Shown here: positions 24,653 through 38,359 of the stretch, piece after piece
Layout of the letters: each line of letters begins with the position of its first letter
Numbering within the stretch: the stretch's first letter is position 1
NCBI GenBank assembly: GCA_973895155.1
Contig: OZ316895.1
Coordinates: forward strand, 24,557,538-24,621,537
DNA from: Marsupella aquatica
Lineage: Eukaryota > Plantae > Marchantiophyta
Direction: 5' to 3'
DNA: 64,000 nt
Position numbers and translations under genes: made by a program
The notes under the pieces: model-generated
What the model was told of the DNA's origin: nothing
What the model saw: the letters and a program-made list of their open reading frames with translations, nothing else
The model's database searches: none

Positions 24653-25105
24653 TCAGTCATCGTCGCTCCACATCCTGGACTTTCTGAAAATCCTTCTACA
24701 CTCCAAGAGAATGTCCGCAGCAGCAGCGGTGGTCACCACCACGGTCACCCTCTCCTTGAGTACGTTGCATTCCACGGACTTCACGCCCTTCATCTCAAAC
24801 AGAGCAACCTTGATTGAATCCACACATTCTCCGCAGCAAATTGGAACCTTCATCACGACCTTTGTCTCCTTCTTGTCCTTCGCGTCGCCGCCTTCTTTCT
24901 TCGGTTGGGGCGCAATGTAATCCGGATAATAGTAGGGGTAGTAAGGAATGCTTGCGAGTATAGTGTCGTCCTTCTCTGCGGCCTTCTTACCGCCGCCCGA
25001 AGACGAGCTCTTGTCATCGCCCCCTTTCTTGTTGTCATTCTTCTCAGGCTTCAACACCCACACGGGCTCCGAGCCCCCGTAGAACAAATCCTGCATGGAC
25101 ATCAT
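24653..25105 (-). CDS. HMA-domain protein (HPP-type metallochaperone-like), paralogue 1, 150 aa
   Basis: VVMKVPICCGECVDSIKVALFEMKGVKSVECN…RVTVV; ends MWSDDD; start context gcaagATG shared with paralogues 2 and 3; no CaaX. Confidence 0.88.
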   Translation of the reverse strand: MMSMQDLFYGGSEPVWVLKPEKNDNKKGGDDKSSSSGGGKKAAEKDDTILASIPYYPYYYPDYIAPQPKKEGGDAKDKKETKVVMKVPICCGECVDSIKVALFEMKGVKSVECNVLKERVTVVVTTAAAADILLECRRIFRKSRMWSDDD

Positions 25106-28100
25106 CTTGCCGAGCTGAATTGATCGAGCTAGCGCAACCTCACTATGTACCGTCCCAGAATGCGACTCCCAGAACAATCTTCCCCACAGGCCGCTGCGCA
25201 CCACAGATTAAACACCTTCGATTTACTGGAACTCCACTCGTCGTCACAAATGACGGCGACTAATGCACAATGTGAACGGGACGGGATTTCAAAGCTCCAG
25301 AAAAGCAGGAGAGCAACAAGCAAATTGAGAGAAGGAGAGAGAGAGAGAAAGGATGTGAAGTGGAAAGTTATCTGATAGAGTGGAAGAGAAGAATGCGAAT
25401 GTCTGGCTTAGGGAGCGAAGGAGCCGTTCTTATAGTACGATGAGTCAGCAGCTGCAACTGAGGATTGGCACCCAGTTAACTTCACGTAGAAGCTTCCCTC
25501 CTAGATGATCCAAATCGCACAAGCCCACCACAACGTCCAGTACGGAGGGGGGGAGGTAGTCAGGAAGGAGCCGCACATTGCTGATTGCTGGAGACTCGGA
25601 ACCAAGGAGTCTGGTACAATCCACAACTGTAGATATTCCGAAGCGGAAGGGGGACAGGGCGACGAGTAGGAGACTACGAGACAGCAGTCAAACTGTGGCA
25701 CTGTGCATCAGCGATACAGCCGCGTCGAAAAGATGAGCTGAGACCAGTTCCTTGCAGCGCACGCGGAAAGGGAACCGGGAAAACTGTACAGTTGTGAGAA
25801 TTCAGCGGCGCTTCGCAGTTGGATTGTGGGGATGACGACGAGAGGGACGACGGACGACTTGAGTTGACCTACAGGCGACCTGACCGATCAACGACTGTAA
25901 TCAGTCACGTTCTCTGTAATGATGTGTGGGTTCGAAGGTGCATGAATAACGAGATAAAGGTGACGTGTTTCCGTTCGAGAGAAAAATAAATGATATGATT
26001 GCCCTGAGCTGGAGCCCCTTCCATACTTACCTCAACCTTCCAGCAACGCATACAGTACAGAGATTTGTGGCACCGGCCAATAGATTTGTGTCAGCTTTCA
26101 GTTTCAAGGCAAAGTGTGCCTTGGAAGTTGTTCTCTAATATTAAACGGGAGGTGGTCGATTATGTAGTACCTTCTCTAAAGGAGCTCTACTAAATCTTCC
26201 TTGAATTTGGGATTGTGTGCGGACAAAAATCTCAGAATATTCTAAGATGGCACAATCCAATATGGTAGGACACTTAGTTTTCAAGATCTTCTTTGGAAGA
26301 CTTTCACAATCATGGTTTTCGTTGCCTAGTTGTGGCCAATAGCTAAGGAGTGCGAGTACTAGGCAAGATTGGGGTTAGTGCCTGTTTTCGTAGGACGGGC
26401 AACATGCAACTGAGCCATTATGCATCATAGATTGAGTTGGCAACCCATTTAGGGAAGTTGATTGTTAAGGCCACAGTATGATTGTAACAATTGTCAAAAG
26501 CTATCGATCAAAGACGTAGAGATGGTGGCTGGATCTTCAGGTGAGCTGAAATAGCATGTGGTGTCATCTAGATAGGCTTTAATTTGAGCAAATAGGATGG
26601 TGTGAGTTGCACGACGGAGATATTGAATGGGTGTTTTGATACTACTTGCAACAGATTTATTAGCACACAAGGGGAAATCCCTGGGAAAAAATATGGCGAA
26701 GATTGAGTGAATGTCAACAACCAGACAAAGACAGTTTCAAGAAGTTTTGCTTTACTTTGTCAATGGAGGATTGAAACCTGGGGATGAAATAAGCCCACAT
26801 GTAAGGGTTTCCAAGCAGTGATCAAGCAAAAGAAATCTTACCATACAAGCTCTAACTAAAGCCTACTCTTCAGGGCCTAGGGAAACATCCGGACTCCCTA
26901 CTCAAGCAAGAGCAAGTTTTGACAAATCTCCAAGTAGAATGACATGATATGAAGACCAGTGAGACTTGTGGCATGAAGGAAAATAGTAAAGAAAGTTTAT
27001 TATTCTTTGGTAGTAAGAGTAGCTTTTAGAAAATGATGCTCCCATGCATGGACCACAACGTTGGTCTTTTGAAACCCCATGGATCACGTTTCCCAAAATT
27101 TGAGCTCAATTGGAATAACTTCATGTTCATAAACTATTTTTAGTTTTGACTATGCGCTAGAGGAGTATGTAAGCTACATTTTCATCAAAGTGACTGAATT
27201 TTTGGCCATTTTGGTTGAGTTTATTCATCATGGAATGAGGAGGGGTAATTCTATTAGATTAATTTTCATTGTGTGAATATGAAATATTAGGGCTTGTGTT
27301 TTTGTATGTCTCCTCCTTCTGTAGTTGCCTTGCCTGTGAGAAACTAAACTTTGTTTTTAGACTGATAATCATCAAGTTATATATGATGACCATCTCTTCG
27401 AAGTTGACAGGATGGACCACCAGGTCGGACACAATGCTCCTGTGGACATCTCTTGTGGTGCCCACTGGCTAAAGCTATGAAACTACGGGCACAGCAGTGA
27501 ACCAAATGAAAAAACACCCTAACAGACCATACTCAGCCAACCAAAACATTTTTCTGGAGGTTGGAAATGTGCAAATTCTAAGAGACTTTGACGTGCTTTG
27601 TATCAACACCAAAGGCACTCTACATGTCAAGCACTCACCCCCATGCCTGGTAGCAATAAGAAAATCCAAAAAAGAAAAAAGAAACGACAGAGCAGGAGAG
27701 AACATTATTGTGGACGTGAAGCTCCTTATGAATCATTGAACAAGTGCTCCAAATGACAGAGCCGGAGGGACAAGTGAGTCCTCCTCAAGGTAATTACCTC
27801 ATTATACGCTGAAGAAATTACATAGCAGAGTAGCCGTGGCAGGATTGCACAGCTTACCGTTTTGAAGAACATTTACGCAGTCTATCCTGCTGCAGCAAAT
27901 TATGTCGGCCAGAGTTGAATGGCGATGCCCTGTTTCGATTCTTGAATAGTCAGTGATGAAAGACAGCTGTGTTCCGAAAGAGACACATGTGCCATGCTCT
28001 AGAAGCTCCCACTAGAGCTGGTGGGCCTGCTCCAAGTCGGAGGAAAGTCGTTTGCCGAGAAGTGAATGTTGAATCTGTGGATTCTCGGGAGAAGAAGGAC

Positions 28101-29339
28101 GAGATGAAGAAAATTGAAGAACCCGGGTGCAGTTTGGCAGGCAAGTTTGCAGATCTCAAACAAGTGCTGCTTATCAACAAGTGCATAGGGCAGACTATGC
28201 ACCATGGCTCTGGATCTGTTGAAGGTGAGGTTGGTTTCATGCTCGAGCAAGTTACCTTGCTTTTTTGACTTGACTGCTCTTAGTGGTGTTCAAATGCGAA
28301 TCCAGCAGGAAGCATTGTTGAAGTGGAGCTGCAAATGGCCCCATTCTGTGCACCAGTTCTGTAACATTTGAATTTAGCAGGAGAAGGCTGGAGATTTTTG
28401 CATTTACATGCTTCGTGTAGAGTTTTACCTGATTGCCAAGTGTCAAAGCTAATCAGCTGGACAAGGTAATCCTCTGCGAACTATAAGTTCTCTTGGGACT
28501 CATCCTTGTGTGGTAAGTCCATGGTTCTTCACAATTGCTGAACTGCATGGTGACGGAGGAGTTCTGATTCAGCTAAAATTGGAGCGTGTTGTATTGAGTC
28601 CTGCTCTTTCTCACAACATCTGTCTACTGAAGGAGCAGAAATGTCTGCGAACTGGTGCATTGTTGGGTCTTGAACATGAACCTTCATTTACAGATAGCAG
28701 ATAGTACACAGAACGCCAGACTAAACCTGGCAGTTATTTAATGTTTTGGGTTCTAAATGAGAACATTTCTGTAATTCTGAATCGAGGCTAGTAATCTACA
28801 TTTTAGTGAACTATTTGACAAGTTTGCAGCTAGAACTACAGTTGGATTTTGTAATAGAATAGGTGTATCTCCTTTGGATCCATTGCAATATGAGATACCA
28901 TCTCATCGGACTGAAAGTGACAGATTCCAATGGTGTACTACCACATTGCTAATTGAGCGCACGAAGAAATACCAGAAGATACCAGGAAGCTTGTAAAACG
29001 AATCTTGTTCCCCCTTTACCGTTTTGTCTCCACATTTTGTTATTGTCAGTTTGGCGTTATCAACACAGTTTATGGGCTTTACATGTAAAAGGACACGGGC
29101 GTTATGAAAGTTGAGGATTCAACTCGTGTTGAGCTCCGCTTCTCCCGCTCCTTGCTCGTTTCTGTTCCCTCTTTCCAATTCTTTGGGTTTCCCACTCTGT
29201 TTGGGGAAGCACTTATGGAGACACATTTATGTATTGGATAATGATGGTCTGGGTATGCCTAGAAGGTTAAGAAAAGTTGACCAACTATAGCCAGAAAGGT
29301 TTTCCAAGCATTCTGAGAGCAGGGTTCTAACTAGAACTC

Positions 29340-29471
29340 CAGTTTAGTCTGTCATCATATTACATAAACGTGATAGGGGGACAAAATAATGATCATGACG
29401 TTTGAACCCCAGTTTAGACTGTCATTATATTACATAAATGTGAAACGGGAAAAATCATTGATCATGACGTT
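29340..29471 (+). repeat. ~70-bp tandem duplication
   Basis: cagtttag(t/a)ctgtcat(c/t)atattacataaa…tgatcatgacgtt twice. Confidence 0.8.
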
Positions 29472-30291
29472 CCTGGAGAACATTATGGAAAATAACAGGG
29501 ACCTCCAAAAATAGTAACACACTGGTACCCAAATTATGTCCACTGAGTACACTCGGAAAAAGGGAGAGCAATAATCAATTGAGTATTTCCACATTCACAT
29601 GACAACTTAGTGCTCTAAATACATTGTTTTTTGTGTCTCATATCGCACTATGAGTTTTAGAAGTGTGTACACAATCATCACACTTCCATTTAGCTTAGCT
29701 ACCCATTCACAACGATGAAATTCTTTTGAAGAAATGTACATGACTCATGAATAAAAAAGGCACTCACATGTACATAAGATATCAACAGTTTCACGAGAAT
29801 TGTCTAAATTTACAGGAACTTCAATTCGCACACAAACGAGCTTGAAGTACTCTTGTACATGCATTAGCTGATCCTAGCCACGATTCAAATGTACTTCTAT
29901 TTTATTCCGCACTACAGTAGCTGTACACGAACTCTGTGGGGTTACACTCAACATTTGATCAGGTACCTAAATGACACGGGTCAAAGAAAGCAAGCAAAAA
30001 CTGTCAGCATACATAGGGATATTGAGAAACTCTGTAAACGCTTGGCTGACCAAAGCCATGTAGAAGATCGGACACATTTTGCCGCTCTGAGATCACTTGA
30101 TACCCGATGCACTTGGGCAAAATTATAAATGCCAGTTTTCTCGAAATGTATTCTGGATTTTGCTCCAATCCGGGCGTCGAGAAGCGTGGACAATTTAGAG
30201 AAGGATATCTTCAGCATTATGGAAATGATGTTTCCAGAGCAGGACCTTCACATTCAATAATTTGGTTAAGCTTCCTCGGTTTCTTGGGTGG

Positions 30292-30783
30292 TCAGTCATC
30301 TTCGTTCCACATCCTGGACTCCTTGAATGCCTTCCTACATTCCATGAGAATGTCTGCGGGAGCAGCTGTGGTTACCACCACCGTCACCCTGTGTCTCATG
30401 ATGTTGCACTGCACAGACTTCACTCCCTCCATCTCATTCAGAGGAACTTTGATTGAATCCTCACAGCCACTGCAACAGATTGGGATCTTCATCACGACCT
30501 CCGTTTCCTTGTTGGCATAACCATACGAATTGTCCGGTAGACGACCAAAGTGATAAGGGTCAGGTTGGTAAGGGTAGGGAAAGTAGGGAGAGTAGTAAGG
30601 ACTTGTCGTAAAGGTTGGGTACTCCTGTTTCTCTGCTTCACTGGCCCCACTTGAAGTTGAGTATTCATCGTTGTCAGTCTCATTCGTGCTTCGTGACTGT
30701 TCCTCATCTTCGCCCTCGTCGTCGTCCCTGGGAATCCAGACGGGCTCCGCCTTCCCGTAGAACAATTCCCTCATGGGCAACAT
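30292..30783 (-). CDS. HMA-domain protein, paralogue 2, 163 aa
   Basis: MLPMRELFYGKAEPVW…VVMKIPICCSGCEDSIKVPLNEMEGVKSVQCN…MWNEDD. Confidence 0.88.
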   Translation of the reverse strand: MLPMRELFYGKAEPVWIPRDDDEGEDEEQSRSTNETDNDEYSTSSGASEAEKQEYPTFTTSPYYSPYFPYPYQPDPYHFGRLPDNSYGYANKETEVVMKIPICCSGCEDSIKVPLNEMEGVKSVQCNIMRHRVTVVVTTAAPADILMECRKAFKESRMWNEDD

Positions 30784-31377
30784 CTTGCTGTGGCGAAATT
30801 GACTCAGCTGAAGAAAATGTATGTCACAAGACCTTTTCGACTTTTGCAATAGAGGCAAAGCAGCGAATTCGTTTCTAAGAACGGCACTGGAGAACGTGTT
30901 GAAAGAAAGTTTGCCATCTCATATATACTGTACAGGTATGCAAGGCAGACGCGATGAAAACAATCGATGCATGGGCAACAATCTTCCTGATTACTCTGTT
31001 CAGGTTGTCTTCCTGGATACGATGATGGAAGCTCTTCCTTGTCATCAGTTGGCTTGGAGGGAAAGGAGAATATTAGCGCCTAGTTTTGTTCGCTTGTGTA
31101 TATTTAGTATGTAACACACACAGACACAGAGATGCACATCACAGCTGTTCTGACCCAGACGGCTAGTCGAACAAGAACTTGGAACCACAACGCGGGAACA
31201 AGCAAACTTCTTGACCACTCGGCTCACAGGTGCCTTGTCGGACACGATTATGGAAGCTCATCCTCGTCACTCAATTGGCTTCGAGGGAACGAGTGTGTTC
31301 AGTGCTCGCTTGTCGATATTGTGACACCCACCGACACAGTGGTGCACATCATTGCTCTCCTCACCAAGGTGGCTTGC

Positions 31378-31443
31378 TGAACAAGAAGATTGAATGGCTT
31401 GTTGAACAAGAAGATTGAATGGCTTGTTGAACAAGAAGATTGA
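31378..31443 (+). repeat. 25-bp tandem repeat (~2.6 units)
   Basis: tgaacaagaagattgaatggcttgt repeated. Confidence 0.85.
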
Positions 31444-34400
31444 AGCTCAGCAGTGACTGTCACTTCTTTGGCTGTAAGGGGGACACAGTAACCATTTTTT
31501 GTTGTTTTGTGAACATTTTGAGTTGAGATTCCATGTTGGGGCCCCGAATCTTAACGTGTAGTGGGTGTTTTCCGTAGCGGGTCAACCGTTTCCGATAAAA
31601 GGGTATTTCCGCCCCAACCAACTTCCTTACAATGCTCTTAGCTTACTCGACAGCAGTGTGAACTTTTACGGAGTACTAACAAATTGTCGTTATCTGGACA
31701 GACTAGCGACCGAAAGGGCCCGTCACGGTATTGTATTGATTTGGCTCCATATTAAAACAGAATCCATTCCTTGGGGTTCTCGAAGAATTTGCAAGCACCG
31801 CAACAGAAATTGAGGGAGACTAGTCAATTGCCCAAATCGCTGCCACTCTTGGTTGCGTTTGTAGTATGGGATACATCTTGAAATTCCCACCTATTTCTGT
31901 TGACATGCAGTGGAGATTGGCTGTCAGGAAGTTATTACTCGTGGGAAGTTATCACGGCAGTTGAAATAGAAGTTTAGGGGTAGAACTAAGGTAGATCCAG
32001 TCAAGAGTGTACACAATTTATGTAGAAGATTCTTAAGATGCAGTCTCTTCAATGATGGAAGGCTTCCTTCGCCGGGCGACTCCAGGCTTTTTCCATTTTT
32101 GTACAACCAAAGTTAGGGGCAAGAACAGATGTATAGCTGTAGATTGAAGGACTGAAGAACACGATTCAACGGTTACTCGATCTTAAACAACCAATTCGAC
32201 GATAGCAAATTAAAATCTGGCTGATTAATACCTGTACGGATTTGGAGCTGAAATTCGTTCCTTCAGATAGCCCCTGCTCTATGTCAATATTTGGTGCTCA
32301 GTTTGAAATTTTGAAAATTGATTCAAAAGCCATCGCAGTATTAGCTACCCCGAGGAAAGTTCAGGTCAGGTTCTGGTTGGTACAGTTTGCGAGTGGCCAT
32401 CTAAAGGATAGAATGAAGTGTTGCGATCAAAATTCTTCCATGAATCTTTAGATTTGGAGCAATTTGAAACAGTAGCTCGACCACTACTGGCTACCTCAAT
32501 TATCGACGTTGTGAGAAAATCACAGTGCGCGAACAGGATGAGAGCGGTAGACGGCTTTAGCGTTTACGTACAAGCAAGGTAGCAACAGCCTTTTGGGACT
32601 GTTCTCACTGTCTTAATTGCTGTACAATATAGTACCTTGTAAAGCCTGTAAACAGTCTGATCTGCTCGACTACGGATGCCCGAAACGAAAGCCTTAAGCC
32701 CACTTCCCAGCTGCTGCCGTTAGCACTTAAATATTAAGACCGATGGAGCTCAACTATTAAGACCTCCGACCATAAGACCTCGGACCATAAGTTGAGTACA
32801 GCCCCTGTAAACTTGCACCAAGGCATTTGATTTTTGCACATGTGGTGTCTATCAGATAAGCCCGCTCTGACCTGCTTCCGACCACTGTGGTACTGCACAT
32901 CAAGATGACAAATGAACTTTTCAATGCTCCTCTTAGAAACCTTTCGTCTCTCCCTGCTTCTTGGTGTTTTGTTAGGTTTCACTACAGTAGTTTTCTTCCG
33001 AATCTAAGATTGAGAATACCCCAGAGAATACCTCCATGAAGCATGCTCCTGATTAGGCCAAACGAAATTCAATTCCAAAATCGAGCTGGGTGGGTAGTGA
33101 AGGTCAGATTCAAAGAAAATGGTGAACTCAAGAGTCCAAGAGAAAGGAGAGGTAGCTGTGGTCCAAGAGGAGTCCTAAGAAAAGTGTAATGGTCAATGAC
33201 CAATAGAATGGGAATATGTGAGATACGCCTAGACCCTTGTGAGATACAGTTGCTGGGTTTCACACCAAACAGGTGAGACGGGAAGGTCAACTCTTTCCAA
33301 AGAGACACTAGAGTGAGAGGGCTGGCAAAATAGGAACACTACCAAATATACTCTTGACCCAGACCCCTGGTTCGCCCACTCTAGGTAATCGGATGGATTT
33401 CAAAGAATTTGCACCACGCAACTATTTTCCAGGAGCATCTACTTGTGTCACATTTTCACCCTTTTAGACAAAGAATAGATGGTGGAGCTTGAGAGAGTCA
33501 TGGATGGAATTTCTTCAAATGATCAAGATCCCTAGGAGGTAAAGTACAGTGGGTTGAATTTCACTCAAAGTGACCCTAAGTAAGGCCAAGCACTGAAAAT
33601 GAAATCCCCCAATTGCAGAGCTTGACATGCTTTGGAAAACTAAGTGGAAAATTAATTAAAACAACCTCAAATGTCAAAAGCAAAGCCCGGATAGACCTCT
33701 AGGTTGTCAAAATGCTCCCATGGATATCTGCAACTCAGATAAACCACAGTTTACTCACAATGTCACATAGAATATTCCTAATTAGTCCATCCCAATTGTA
33801 TGGTTTCCATCTACAGTCCATCATTTTCCCCCAATGTCACATCAAAAACTTGCCACACAAAGTGTTTATATTGCAGTGCCTAATATCAAATGGCATCCAA
33901 TGGGGGATACACGATCCCAATTGCAGGAGACCTACTAGTTGGGCAGAAACAAGGAGAAACCCCAGGAAGACCAAAAGAGCTCAAAGACCCAAGAGCCCCC
34001 AGCGGAAACCCCCACTGCAGCGGCTAGAAGCAAAAACCCTAGAAGTCTACCTATCCGCAACATTGTAGAGCTCTGGGCTGAACTGCAATAGAGACCAAAA
34101 GCATCAAATCTGACACGTAAAGCATGCTTGAACAAGGCACTCCCTTACAATTGCTTACCAACACAAGTTTCTGTGGGAGAGTGCAATCAGAATTTGATAG
34201 TTTGAGAGCCCACTGTCATTGATACTGGGTCGTCATATACTTCTCAGCTGCCCACTATAGCTGCTCTGTGTAAGTCCAGCTTCAGGTCTGTTCTCTGTCC
34301 TCCTGACCAAAGATGGCACTCTGTAATTGTATTTGAAGAATTGCAAGAGGGGCCCAATAGACCTCTTTCACACTTGGTGGTGGACGATTCCTTGATATAC

Positions 34401-34901
34401 TTCGTTGGAGACAGAAAAATTAGAAATGTAAAATATGTGCTAATGTAACGAATTGAAGGGACAGCATTCCAGTCTAACCGATAGCCTGCTAGCGAAAGTA
34501 GCCACCCTTCTTGGGACACAATAAGTTTAAAGATGCTACTGGAGGTCCCCTACATGTCAAGTGGCAGTGAGATTTTTTATTATCGAAGTGAGACTTGTAA
34601 AGGAACCGTCGTTGTCCAGAACTGTTCAAAAAATAGAACAACACTAAAATCAAGTAAGAAAAAACCTCTAGATCATACATATTTGTGCATAAAAAGCATA
34701 ACAGATATTTTGTCATTTCCAACAGTCCGTCAAATCAATGACACGGAACACCTAAGGGTTGCATTAGCCAACCATTATTTAACACGTAATGTGTCCAACA
34801 ACCTTGTGTAGGATCTCCACCAAGGCACCTACTTTTCGTCCCTGATAAATTGTCCAATATTTCTGCACCTATCTTCTTCTCCATTACATGCTTCCACTGG
34901 T

Positions 34902-35684
34902 TTGGCTATCCCAGTACCAATTTCCAGTGGTAGAGACGATAGTATTGCTACAGATTGTGTGACCAGAGCTACACTTGATTCTGGTCATGCTGCTCCATCT
35001 TTCCTGGCTATGCTGTTGAGTGGGAAGACCGTGGACACTAACTCCCTTCACAAGGTACCTCATCATTTGCCAAAAGTGGTGCCTAGTGATAGGACTTTAG
35101 TTTCCACCACCATTGCCATTGTTGACAACAGGAATTCAGCGGTCAAGTTGGAGGGTCACACTCAAGTGGTCATGCTAGACACAGGCGCTCAACCAGTGAT
35201 ATTGGGCATTCAGTTTGCCAAGAAGATGGGATTGCTGACTGATCATTTACAGCGTGGCACATTTGGACTGTTAGTGGCACTATGGAGGGTGTGCTGGGTG
35301 AGCGTTCTACTTTACTCACTCTCACTTTTAATGGAGGTACAGATCAGGAATTGCATTTCCCAGTCAAATGTTTGGTTACCAATGCCACTACGTATGATGT
35401 GCCAGGAGGCTTTGTTCCCACCAGGTTTTACCATTGACAACTGGCATGAGCATGCATACTACAGAGTTGATTGGCATACGGATGGCTCACACTTGGGCTA
35501 TATTCCACTTGATTTGCATGGTGCCCATACACCTATGGCTCACCACTGTGTGTTGAAAGCAGTGCACACAGCTACCTATGTCAACCACCCATTGCAGGAT
35601 TGGATTGAGGAGGATGATGATGAGGTGGCTATTGCACATGCTGCTGCACGTATAGCAGCACTTTCCAGCAACGTGGATCATTAA
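34902..35684 (+). pseudogene. Retroviral-type aspartic protease region
   Basis: VMLDTGAQPVILG; two compensating frameshifts near 35255 and 35400 (alternative frame WHIWTVSGTMEGVLGE…CLVTNATTYDV). Confidence 0.8.
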
Positions 35685-35799
35685 CCAGAGGTGGTACAAC
35701 GGCTCCAAGCAGCCCATGGACCTTTGGTGGCTGCATTGCAAAAATTTGAGGACCTTGGGCAGCACAATGGCCAACCAATAGCCCCAATCTTGAGCGCAC

Positions 35800-36790
35800 C
35801 AGTTACATGGACTCCTCCTCCGGATGGCCTTACATTGCTTGAGCTTTTTGGTGGCATTTCTACAGGCCTGGAAGCTCTCATACAGTCTGGCATGGTGGTG
35901 AAGCAGTACATCTATGTGGACATTGATCCAGGTGCAAGGCAAGTGGCTGAATCCCGTCTACTGGAATTTTCAGAGCGATTTCCCCAGCAGTTTCCACACA
36001 GTGCATGGAAGTCTGCATTTTCTTTCTTTCCTCCAGATATCCAGCTTGTCCAGCACTGGCACTTAACCCTTCTTGGCTCCCTTGATTTGATCATAGCTGG
36101 TTGGGAATGCCAAGGGTTTTCAGCTGCTGGTCATGGTGGTGGACTGCATGATTCTCGTTCTGGCCTTTTCACAACATTGGTTCAGATTCTCACCTGGGCT
36201 CAATCCCTTTATCCTGCTGTTGGTTATATCATTGAGAATACTCCATCTCAGTTTGACCAACGTCCACAGGTCAAAGAGGATTTCAGTGTGGTCCAGCACT
36301 ACTTGGGACCACCCCTTCTCATTGATGCAGTGCACTATGGTTCTTATGCACATCGTCTTCGTAACTTTTGGATTAACTTTGCACCACCTTCCTTGTTGGA
36401 GTTAGCTCTTCACCACACATCCAGGGACACTAACCTCACAGCGGACCAGATTTTGGATCCTGACAGTTCTTGCCAACCAGTTACACAGCAAGAGCCAGCA
36501 CCTTGGTATCCAGCCAATACCATTGGACAGCCCCGTGCTGCTTGGCCTACATTTGTATCCTCTCCAGGTGCACATGCCTTTCAAGGTGATGGTCCTGGCC
36601 TGGTTTATCGACATTCTACCGGTACTTGGGATGAACCTAGTCTTGAGGAGAGAGAACGGGCTATGGGCTTCCAATCCGGTACTACAGGCCACACCCAAAT
36701 CACTAGGCTGGTCAGGAATGCTTTACTTGGCAGGGTAATGGATCTTAAGGCTCTCACTTGGCTTCTGGTCACTTGCATCCTTTTTCAGAT
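35800..36790 (+). CDS. C5 cytosine DNA methyltransferase domain embedded in Pol
   Basis: Motif I LLELFGGISTG; II YVDID; IV LIIAGWECQGFS (catalytic Cys retained, PC->EC); VI YIIENT; VIII HRLRNFW; IX ERERAMGF; X LLGRVMD. Confidence 0.9.
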
Positions 36791-37166
36791 GTACATTCAT
36801 CCAGCATCTGGAGCTCCAGCCCTACCACTCCACAGTGCTGCTACATGGCATCCAGACCAGGTGCACTTACCTCTGTCCAACACTCACCACTTCAGTCCAA
36901 GTGTTGGGGGGGAGGAGGTCCCTTGTAATGTGGCTGATATTATTTTTGAGTTTCATGGTGTGGATCAGACCAGAGCAACAGATACAACAGACCTTGGAGA
37001 GGCCTCATCACCTTATCAACAGCATGCTAGCAGCTTGGATAGTGGAGAGGCTGGCACTTCTGGCTCTTCAAGCACAAGTACATAAGGTCCTATTCCTAGT
37101 GTTGCCAACTACACATTCATCACGGGCAACCACCTGAGTAAAGGACAGAAGGACCAGCTGCTGAAT

Positions 37167-38030
37167 TTGCTCCTCAAGCATGAGAATGTCTTTGCTTTCT
37201 CTATGAAGGACTTGGGTAAGTGCAAGACTATGCAGTTCTCCATTGAGTTGGTTGATGAAACACCTATCTTCAGGCGGAGACACCGTTTGAGTAAGCATGA
37301 GTGGCAGTTGGTGGATGAGAGGTGCCAAGAGCTCTATGAAGCTGGTCTTATTCAGCCATCTATATCAAATTTTGCAGCAGCTACAGTGATGCCAGCAAAG
37401 AAGGATTCCAGTGGGTTATGGACAAAGAAGCGCATGTGTGGGGACTACAGGCCACTGAACCTGGTCACACCCCAAGACAGGTACCCCATGCCACGGCCAG
37501 AGGAGCTATTTGACAGCATTGGAGACTTAGACATCTTCACTCTTGTGGATCTAAGGCAAGGCTTTAACCAGATTTTGTTGCTTGCAAAGGACCGCAAGAA
37601 AACAACTTTCCATGGTAGTAACCAACTATGGGAGTGGTTGGTGATGCCATTTGGCTTGAAGAATGCGCCCATATTCTTTCAAAGAGTCATGGACCAGGTT
37701 CTTCAAGGTGCTGAGTTTCTGAAATGCTACATTGATGATGTGTTGGTCCACAACAAAGGATTTGACCAGCATCTACTTGACCTTGAAGAGCTATTCGTGA
37801 GGCTTAAGAAGGTGAACCTAAAGATACACCCCAAGAAGTGTGAATTTGCTGTCAGATCAGTAGTATACCTTGGGCACCGCATTCTTCCAAATGGAAGCAT
37901 GGCTCACTGGGCCAAGGTGGTATCCATCTTGGAAATGCTCACTCCTACTGATGTTCACACTTTGAGGAGTTTTATTGGGTTATGCAATTACTACCAGATC
38001 TACATCAAAGATTTCAGTACCATTGCTGAC
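37167..38030 (+). CDS. Reverse transcriptase (Gypsy-type)
   Basis: KRMCGDYRPLN, DRYPMP, LVDLRQGFNQI, VMPFGLKNAP, CYIDDVL, KCEF, YLGH, LRSFIGLCNYY. Confidence 0.95.
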
Positions 38031-38359
38031 ACTATATCCCGCAGCCCTTTGATTGCCTCTGATGATTCCTCAGATGCACGGCAGGATTTTGACCAGGTTT
38101 CCATCTTGTCTATATTTCATGCATCTACCTATCTTGCTTTGCTGCCATGCTACGTTGTTGACCAACCTGTGGTGGACATATGGGAGGACAACGACACTCT
38201 GAGATTTTTGCAGCATGGGGAGTACCCCATACATGTCACTGCTGCCCAGAGAGACCAAATTCAGCAAAGGTCCAAGCGTTACTTGTGGAAGGGAGATCAT
38301 CTCGTGTGCTGCTTGCCAGACAGGGAAGTGGTGGTTCCACCCATTCATGAGAGGGTTGG

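Noticed and set aside
24402-24920. Long ORFs antisense to the HMA genes (also 30107-30520, 48479-48870) and to TE genes
   Set aside because: Shadow ORFs of real coding sequence on the opposite strand
27900-28720. Stretch with several overlapping short ORFs
   Set aside because: No recognisable domain in the frames examined
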